Origin: Haloquadratum walsbyi C23
GTDB lineage: Archaea; Halobacteriota; Halobacteria; Halobacteriales; Haloferacaceae
Length of the DNA stretch: 32,000 nt
Direction of reading: 5' to 3'
Assembly: GCF_000237865.1 (NCBI RefSeq)
Contig: NC_017459.1
Span: 1,530,001 to 1,562,000 of the forward strand
The notes beneath the pieces were generated by a model that saw only the letters and a list, made by a program, of their open reading frames with translations, was not told the origin of the DNA and searched no databases. Below are positions 26,501-32,000 of this stretch, piece by piece. The position numbers were made by a program, and so were the translations under genes. Every line of letters begins with the position of its first letter. The first letter of the stretch is position 1.

Positions 26501-27530
26501 CGATGTTGAGCCAATCCCACTGTCAGAGCTTGACCGACCTCGTATTGATGTGACAACACGCGTGTCCGGACTGTTTCGAGATGCCTTCCCACAGGCGGCA
26601 AGTGTCATTCATGATGCGGTTGAAACTGTTGTCGAACTTGATGAGTCTCATGATGAGAATTACATCAAAAAACACGTCGAGACCGAGACAGCAGAACATG
26701 AAGCCGATGGTATGGATAAGAGCGATGCCCGAAGCACTGCAATGCATCGGGTGTTCACAACAACACCTGGCGGATACGGTGCTGGGACAAACAAAGCGGT
26801 TGATGAAGGAAACTGGGATGATCAAAGTGATCTTGCATCCGTCTACGTCCAGTGGGGTGGGTACGCACTCGGAAGTCGTGGACGGGTAACTGATGCACAT
26901 GAGGCATTCAAACAACGATTGAGCACTGTTGAGGCGACTGTCAAAATCGAGGATACCGCCGAGCAGGATGAATTCGATTCCTCTGATTGGTATGCGTTTC
27001 ACGGTGGGTTTATTACCGCAGTCAGTGAGCATGCTGACTCAGAGCCGGCTTCATACGTCGGTGACTCAAGTGACCCTGACAACGTCTCTATTTACACGAA
27101 TGAAGAAAAAGTTCGCAAAGCAATGCGAGCACGCGTCCTCAATCCAGCGTGGATTGATTCGATGAAAGATCATGATTATAAAGGCGCTGGTGACCTTTCG
27201 ACGACGGTCGATGTCGTGCTTGGCTGGGATGCAACAACAGGCGTAATTAGCGATACGCTATGGGAAGATGTTGCAGATGCATATGCCTTTGATGCAGACC
27301 GACAAGAGTGGCTTCGTGATGTCAATCCATGGGCACTTGAATCAATTACTGATACGCTGCTTGAGGCCGCCGAGCGCGATCTTTGGAATGCGTCTACGGA
27401 GACAATTGAACGACTCCGCGATCTTAATCTTGCTGTTGACGGTGATATTGAAGCTCGTGACCGTAATTCGACACACCATGGAATGTCTGAGACCGATTCC
27501 GAGCCAGGAGTGACAAATGATGACGACTGA
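23598..27530 (+). CDS. cobN: Cobaltochelatase large subunit CobN
   Basis: 1310 aa. CobN/Mg-chelatase H-family blocks recognised include HLGTHGSLEWLPGK, NIYPYIINNPGEG, KRRSYAAVVDYLTP, LDGAYVEPGGSGAPTRGGVDLLPTGRNFY and WGTPTVRTRGE. Confidence 0.95.
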   Translation: MPTIGLYTATENELGSVQRAAAGLADDISLVVRSASDLDDPTDTKAFLSEVTNTDTDAIATIFWLHGGEESLPGYEQAVDKLAEAGVPLIVKSTGDAYAMEDTSVDATTRDQAYEYLDRGGTSNITNLLRYLAETFGSDTYPYDDPVTLPTEGVYHPDHPGASYDELRSTFDPDRPTVAIWFYESHWTHENTQYIDAQVRALEDNDANALPIFCNPATDTDDQQDAEWVTDTWLIDDGDPIVDAVLSSFMFSLSMDERGRSASDEGNSAEDVFLDRLGVPVLQTITTMRSRSRYESSTTGVMGFELALSVALPEFDGNVITHPISGKERLDDDAGIGSAPKQHHPMTDRIDHATRLAVNWARLRYLENDEKRVAVVLHNYPPSDDGIGTAFGLDSPESTVNLLDELAEREYDLGGRRPDSGQALIDQLTAQLTLDDRWVAPADVRDLSVDVVSADQYREWFLDTDDRFQENLRDEWGAPPDRPFAIPGIEFGNVLVTVQPPRGFGMDRSKIYHDSDLQPPHDYLAFYRWLREEFAADAVVHLGTHGSLEWLPGKTVGLNGESASDQLVSALPNIYPYIINNPGEGTQAKRRSYAAVVDYLTPVMSNAGTYDDLQELESLAEQYREAGMTDARSDDGEQLETLIREHVDELDLAVELGITGTIDEKADIRGPDAAGSTLASGSVTGDIVTIDTLVERIHEYLTDIKTTQIRMGLHTMSEPPINERLIEYLVALTRLENPGVPSLREAVAGVLGVDYDRLRNDPGVYDEALGMTYAAAADIVYETSCDLVETLATENFEIPASEREAGPHDEVNMNLLVVDIDTIGDARASAGAHDDLREVLKFICTEAAPRVAAAEEEIPQTADALDGAYVEPGGSGAPTRGGVDLLPTGRNFYTLDPRKVPAKSAWRVGREVAAGVAERHHTESGEYPEEIGIVAWGTPTVRTRGETIAQVLALMGVEPQWTDAGRIDDVEPIPLSELDRPRIDVTTRVSGLFRDAFPQAASVIHDAVETVVELDESHDENYIKKHVETETAEHEADGMDKSDARSTAMHRVFTTTPGGYGAGTNKAVDEGNWDDQSDLASVYVQWGGYALGSRGRVTDAHEAFKQRLSTVEATVKIEDTAEQDEFDSSDWYAFHGGFITAVSEHADSEPASYVGDSSDPDNVSIYTNEEKVRKAMRARVLNPAWIDSMKDHDYKGAGDLSTTVDVVLGWDATTGVISDTLWEDVADAYAFDADRQEWLRDVNPWALESITDTLLEAAERDLWNASTETIERLRDLNLAVDGDIEARDRNSTHHGMSETDSEPGVTNDDD

Positions 27531-28299
27531 AAAAAACGCACACATGGATCTATCCACTGATGGCGGGAGCGGGAGCACTAATGATGAATACGAGGAGTAT
27601 GCGGACCTTGGAGCAACAACTTCTGATGCGATGGAGATTGCGGAGTCAAGCATGGATCGTGTTCGCGAACTCGTTCCTGATGAGACGCTTGAAGACCGCC
27701 TTCGGCAGAAGGCTGTCCACGCGACCGGCGATCCCGAGTTTCAGCATCTTGTTCGATTTGCAGGTGATCCCGTTCGAACCGGTGCTCGTGCAGTTCTCTC
27801 TGAGCAGCCAATTGTGACTGATATTACGATGGTGAAAGCCGGAATTACCGGTCGTGGTCATCAGTGTCCGGTAAAAAAAGCGATCGGTAATGGGTCCGAA
27901 CTCGCCGCTGAGACAGGCATGACTCGAACAGCCGCGTCCGTGCTTGAGTTAGACCGACAGGGTGTCTATGATGATGCAATCGCGACGATTGGAAACGCCC
28001 CAACTGCAGCGCTTGCACTTGCTGACTGTATCGAATCGGGGACCCGTCCTGCCGCGATTGTTGCAACCCCGGTTGGATTTATTAAGGCGGCTGAAAGTCG
28101 GAATCGAATTCGAGCCGTTGCGACTGAATATGGTGTCCCGGCAATCACAACTGTTGGACGACGCGGTGGAAGTGGACTCGCAGCGGGACTGACAAACGAA
28201 CTTGTTCACGTAGCCAGCGATGTACGTGATGGCGAAGTTACACTTGAGACCGCACAAACAGAATCGAACAGACATGATCACAGAGAGGTCGAACGATGA
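27517..28299 (+). CDS. cbiC: Precorrin-8X methylmutase / cobalt-precorrin-8 methylmutase (CobH/CbiC)
   Basis: VHATGDPEFQHLVRF...PIVTDITMVKAGI...TIGNAPTAALAL...IVATPVGFIKAAESR matches CbiC conserved blocks. The ATG at 27517 overlaps the cobN stop by 14 nt; an alternative start lies at 27544. Confidence 0.88.
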   Translation: MMTTEKNAHMDLSTDGGSGSTNDEYEEYADLGATTSDAMEIAESSMDRVRELVPDETLEDRLRQKAVHATGDPEFQHLVRFAGDPVRTGARAVLSEQPIVTDITMVKAGITGRGHQCPVKKAIGNGSELAAETGMTRTAASVLELDRQGVYDDAIATIGNAPTAALALADCIESGTRPAAIVATPVGFIKAAESRNRIRAVATEYGVPAITTVGRRGGSGLAAGLTNELVHVASDVRDGEVTLETAQTESNRHDHREVER

Positions 28300-29078
28300 G
28301 CGAGACTGACGAATACGATCTTGAGTCTGGACCTGATCCAGCGACAGTCGCAACTGATCACCCGGAGTCGAGAGAAGCAGCCAATCCAGTTCATGCAGTC
28401 GGAATCGGACCAGGGTCGACTGCGTATCTTACGCCACGGGGGAAGCGTTCGATTACCGAAGCCGATGTGATTGTTGGATTTGAAACTGTCGTTGAGTTCA
28501 TCCGTGATCACATCGGCGATGAAACGACGGTTTTCACATGTGGATATCGTGACGAGGCTACTGCATTAGAGAACTTTGCCGATCGTGTTGCAACAGGGGC
28601 GAGTGGAACAGCCGTTCTAATGGGTGATCCAAATCACTCTGGGTATCAATTTGTCGGGAAGGTACAACGTGTCGTTGACCGTCCCGTTCGGATTATTCCA
28701 GGAATCTCTGCATTACAGATTGCTGCAAGTCGAGCGCGAACGCCGATGGAGGCAACAACGTTTGTTACCTTACATAAAAGCGGAGAGATTGATGATGCCC
28801 TCACACGGATCCGACGTGATGTCGGGACACGCAATCTTCTCATCCTTCCACGCCCATTCGATTGGATGCCTGAGTCGATTGCAGCAATGCTGTGTGAGGC
28901 TGGGGCAAATCCAGAGCTTGAGACTCTTGTCTTCGAGCGACTCACACATGAAAATGAATCACGAACACAATCAACACTTGGCGCACTTGCAGCGGACACA
29001 GCGGTCGCAGAACCAACACGGGAAGATACTGACTTCTCAGATCTCTCTGTTCTGGCGATTAGACAGAATACAACGTAA
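28296..29078 (+). CDS. cbiE: Cobalt-precorrin-7 C5-methyltransferase / precorrin-6Y methyltransferase CbiE-type subunit
   Basis: VHAVGIGPGSTAYLTPRGKRSITEADVIVGF is the N-terminal motif of tetrapyrrole methylases, and IPGISALQIAASRA is also present. The length and the lack of a CbiT domain fit CbiE. The start overlaps the cbiC stop (ATGA). Confidence 0.82.
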   Translation: MSETDEYDLESGPDPATVATDHPESREAANPVHAVGIGPGSTAYLTPRGKRSITEADVIVGFETVVEFIRDHIGDETTVFTCGYRDEATALENFADRVATGASGTAVLMGDPNHSGYQFVGKVQRVVDRPVRIIPGISALQIAASRARTPMEATTFVTLHKSGEIDDALTRIRRDVGTRNLLILPRPFDWMPESIAAMLCEAGANPELETLVFERLTHENESRTQSTLGALAADTAVAEPTREDTDFSDLSVLAIRQNTT

Positions 29079-29468
29079 TTTTATATCCAAGCCCCAGAGC
29101 AATCGCAATCAAGCACAGATTCCGTATTCGATGTGAGAAACACTCTCTGTTAAGTCTAAGTATGAAACTACTGAGCGAACAGTCATATGCGCAATGAGTC
29201 CGATCAAAAACAACGGATTCTGAGTGAATCTACGATGACTTCAGCTACGCGATACGACACTTCGTGTGTTCTATTGTCTTCAGCAGTCGGTGGTAATATG
29301 ACCACTGTTTCTATCCGAACCCACATGCAGACTGATTGCGGCTGGAACGCCTGTGTGCGTGTTCCGCTTCGGATATGGAAGTCACAGTCCAAACAACTGT
29401 TATAAACACACAAGACAGGAATCGAATCGAAACTAACCCTATCATACATACATAACTAATTACATAGC

Positions 29469-30005
29469 ATGAAGATTTACACAAAACGCGGTGACAGTGG
29501 ACAGACGGACCTTCGAGATATGTCACGTATCTCAAAACAGCATCCACGTATCGAAGCGTATGGGAATGCCGATGAACTCAATTCATTGCTCGGAACGGTT
29601 CGTCCGACAGGATATGATGATATCGATACTATTCTTCACTCAATACAGAATCATCTCCATATTGTCCAAGCTGACTTCGCGAATCCTGACCCTGATGAGG
29701 ATGACCCAACCGTCGATATGTCACACGTTGAAGAACTTGAGGAATGGATCGATACCATAGATGAGGAACTTGAACCACTCGAGGATTTCATTCTTCCGGG
29801 GGGTGCAGAGGCAGGTGCGAAACTTCATCATGCACGTGCGGTATGTCGACGCGCTGAGCGGCGTGCCGTCTCATTTGAATCAGAAGTTGAGGATATGAAT
29901 AACGTCGCAGTCACCTACCTCAATCGGCTTTCAGATCTACTATTTACGCTTGCACGCGTTACAAACCAACGTGATGACGTTGCTGAGGAAAACCCAACTT
30001 ACTAA
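29469..30005 (+). CDS. pduO: ATP:cob(I)alamin adenosyltransferase, PduO type
   Basis: MKIYTKRGDSGQTDL...RISKQHPRIEAYGNADELNSLLG, FILPGG and HHARAVCRRAER match PduO-type adenosyltransferase signatures. Confidence 0.9.
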   Translation: MKIYTKRGDSGQTDLRDMSRISKQHPRIEAYGNADELNSLLGTVRPTGYDDIDTILHSIQNHLHIVQADFANPDPDEDDPTVDMSHVEELEEWIDTIDEELEPLEDFILPGGAEAGAKLHHARAVCRRAERRAVSFESEVEDMNNVAVTYLNRLSDLLFTLARVTNQRDDVAEENPTY

Positions 30006-30101
30006 ATATATATACTATAAAATAAAACCCACGAGTTCACGAATTGCAATTACCATGAATATGAATGCTATCATCACGATTAGTGATTTTTCCTAATATT
30101 G

Positions 30102-31376
30102 CTAGATATTATTGCTATCGCTGGAATCACTATCAATCTGGTCAGTATAATGGGTGAGATCAGAAACGCCCTCGAATGCTTGCTTATCGAGACATGGCTC
30201 AACTGAATTGACAATCTCATTCATAATTGTGTACGGGTCGGTCTCACCTCGACGGACTGCCTCTGCAAGCACGTCAACACTGCTCGTTGCATTAAGTCTC
30301 GTTTCTATGAGTTGATTGATATCTCCTCGAAGGAGTGTCCGGATTTCCTCAGCGTAACGCTGTCGTGCCTGCTCAGCCTTCTCACCAGAGTGTTTCAGAT
30401 ATGTCCGATGCTCTGCGAATTCTTCAATGACCGTTTCAATGCCGGATCCTTCCGTTGCAACTGTCTCAATGATTGGCTTTGACCATGGTGACACTGTCTC
30501 ATGATTGTTTTCCTCTGGAGTGATGTTCGATGTATCAGTCTGATGAGTCGCCAAATCAGCAGATTTTGACTTTGACTCTGTTTGTGCATGCCCTCCACCA
30601 TCCATTCCAGCACCTACTGTTGTCCCTGAGTGATTATTCTGACCATTAGTGTCCATTGTTGACGATCCAGAAGTACTCATAACACCGTGATGACCACTTG
30701 TATCACGAGATGTTTGCTTTCCTTCACCAAGATGAACCATCTCACGGAGTTCTTGGACGGTCCTATCAGCCCCATCGCGGTCAGCTTTATTCACAATGAA
30801 CACATCTGCGATTTCAAGAATGCCTGCCTTCAGCGTCTGCACATCATCACCCGAACCGGGCGGTACCAACACAGCCACCGTATCGGCGGTTTGGACAATA
30901 TCGATTTCATTTTGTCCTGCACCCACAGTTTCAATAATAATTTTATCTTTCCCAAAGGCGTCCATTGCTTTGACAGCGTCTGCAGTTGCTGTTGAGAGAC
31001 CACCAAGCGCTCCACGAGCGCTCATTGACCGGACAAATACATCCATATCACCGACTGTTGATGCCATTCTAATTCGGTCGCCGAGAACAGCACCACCGGT
31101 GAATGGTGAAGAGGGATCGATTGCAATAATTCCCACAGTCTCATCACGGGCACGATACGCCTCTGCAAGTTTATCAACAAGCGTCGATTTCCCTGCGCCT
31201 GGGCTTCCCGTTATTCCGATAACATCTGCATTACCAGTGTGTGAATATAACGCTGAGACAAGCGATTGATACCCTGTCTCACGGTTTTCGATCTTTGAGA
31301 TGGTGCGTGCGAGCGCGCGGTGCTCACCTGCGAGTAACGATTCAAGTAATGATTCATCACTTGCATTCATACTCAT
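30102..31376 (-). CDS. meaB: Methylmalonyl-CoA mutase accessory GTPase (MeaB/ArgK, LAO/AO transport system ATPase) with an internal low-complexity insertion
   Basis: GITGSPGAGKSTLVDKL (P-loop), AIDPSSPFTGGAVLGDRIRM, IIETVGAGQNE and VNKADRDGA (NKxD) are present. An insert of roughly 80 aa rich in S/T/G/N/H lies between HLGEG and WSKPIIETVA. Confidence 0.9.
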   Translation of the reverse strand: MSMNASDESLLESLLAGEHRALARTISKIENRETGYQSLVSALYSHTGNADVIGITGSPGAGKSTLVDKLAEAYRARDETVGIIAIDPSSPFTGGAVLGDRIRMASTVGDMDVFVRSMSARGALGGLSTATADAVKAMDAFGKDKIIIETVGAGQNEIDIVQTADTVAVLVPPGSGDDVQTLKAGILEIADVFIVNKADRDGADRTVQELREMVHLGEGKQTSRDTSGHHGVMSTSGSSTMDTNGQNNHSGTTVGAGMDGGGHAQTESKSKSADLATHQTDTSNITPEENNHETVSPWSKPIIETVATEGSGIETVIEEFAEHRTYLKHSGEKAEQARQRYAEEIRTLLRGDINQLIETRLNATSSVDVLAEAVRRGETDPYTIMNEIVNSVEPCLDKQAFEGVSDLTHYTDQIDSDSSDSNNI

Positions 31377-31798
31377 CGCTGTGGCGCGTTTTCACGAATA
31401 AATTCAACTGTTTCATCGATTGAGGTTCCTGGACCGAAAATCGCAGCAATTCCATGATCTCTCAGATCATCGCGGTCCTCCTCAGGAATCACACCGCCAG
31501 CAAGAACAAGTGTCTCTGATTTAGCGCCGTACTCTTCAAGTCCATTCATAATCTTTGGAACAAGTGTCTTATGTGCCCCAGAGAGGATGGAGATACCAAG
31601 AACATCAACATCCTCTTGCACAGCTGCTTGAACAATTTCTTCAGGTGCTTTGTGTAATCCAGAGTAAATAACCTCGAACCCAGCATCACGGAACGCTCGG
31701 GCAACAACATGAGCACCCCGGTCATGCCCATCGAGTCCGACTTTCGCGATCATGCATCGGACGCTCTGTTGTTTGTTTTCTGTGCTCATGTCTAACAA
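31373..31798 (-). CDS. Methylmalonyl-CoA mutase, B12-binding (C-terminal domain) subunit
   Basis: RCMIAKVGLDGHDRGAHVVARAFRDAGFEVIYSGL...DVDVLGISILSGAH contains the DxHxxG cobalamin-binding motif. Its stop overlaps the meaB start (ATGA junction at 31373-31376). Confidence 0.9.
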   Translation of the reverse strand: MLDMSTENKQQSVRCMIAKVGLDGHDRGAHVVARAFRDAGFEVIYSGLHKAPEEIVQAAVQEDVDVLGISILSGAHKTLVPKIMNGLEEYGAKSETLVLAGGVIPEEDRDDLRDHGIAAIFGPGTSIDETVEFIRENAPQR

Positions 31799-32000
31799 TA
31801 CCCGAGCATACCGTATGACTTTATCGGATTATCATGTCTGACAGCCTTCTCGCAACCGGCAGGAATTGTTCAGTGGTTGAATATTTAATAATATATAAAT
31901 GACAACTGGTTGAGTGACTCGTGGCTTTTGTAATTCGGTTTAACTCCGTCTGCTCCCGCAAATGGAGCGATCCAAAGGGTTGGGTGAGCGAGAAGAATAC

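Noticed and set aside
21349-27861. Many long ORFs antisense to or out of frame within the chelatase, cobN and cbiC genes (e.g. 22198-22884 minus, 22219-22620 plus, 26122-26601 minus, 26523-27032 minus)
   Set aside because: They are shadow ORFs inside strongly supported genes. Their compositions are His/Arg/Ser- or Ile/Met-rich, produced by the low-complexity acidic codons on the other strand, and no motifs are present.
29079-29468. Looked for a cobalamin riboswitch (B12 box) upstream of the B12-related genes, including 23555-23597 and 31799-31960
   Set aside because: No B12-box-like GCCACTG core or matching multi-stem architecture was seen by eye. As far as I know, cobalamin riboswitches are not established in haloarchaea. 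An Rfam scan would be the decisive test.
31962-32000. Possible start of a plus-strand gene at the window edge (MERSKGLGEREEY...)
   Set aside because: Only 13 codons are visible, which is too short to support a call.
1-32000. Scan for CRISPR arrays, rRNA, tRNA and defence-type gene clusters
   Set aside because: No regularly spaced direct repeats of 25-40 nt, no rRNA- or tRNA-like sequences and no recognisable defence-gene motifs were seen. The only tandem repeats are three short 6-7-nt arrays.

Overview
The acidic proteome at moderate GC, long AT-rich intergenic spacers and ISH-type debris suggest a haloarchaeal chromosome segment, possibly Haloquadratum-like (inferred, not verified). All product calls come from motif recall only; no searches were run. 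About 22 credible CDSs fall into six groups. (1) The 3' end of an S9 peptidase. (2) A YqcI/YcgG plus isochorismatase-like gene pair, then an AIM24-family protein and a DUF6498 membrane protein. (3) An apparently intact IS66-family (ISH10-like) insertion sequence. (4) A sulfur-flavoured neighbourhood: a TauE/SafE exporter translationally coupled to a small Cys-containing ORF, an MFS transporter, a ferritin/rubrerythrin-like protein and a rhodanese-MBL fusion. (5) A DUF1289 protein, an OFA-type MFS transporter, a CPxCG zinc-finger protein and a cupin. (6) A cobalamin supercluster: ChlI/ChlD-type chelatase ATPase divergent from cobN-cbiC-cbiE, a PduO-type adenosyltransferase, then MeaB and the B12-binding subunit of methylmalonyl-CoA mutase. 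The most unusual content is non-coding. Two diverged ~440-nt copies of a hairpin-rich IS200/IS605 (IS1341-type) derivative keep the 3' end that encodes omega-RNA in intact elements, but have no tnpB. A decayed IS605-type element carries divergent tnpA and tnpB pseudogenes containing tandem repeats. Further right-end-like hairpin fragments are scattered nearby. A compact 118-nt stem-enclosed two-hairpin structure sits between a TATA-like box and a T-run in a 0.9-kb gene-free spacer. No rRNA, tRNA or CRISPR array was seen.
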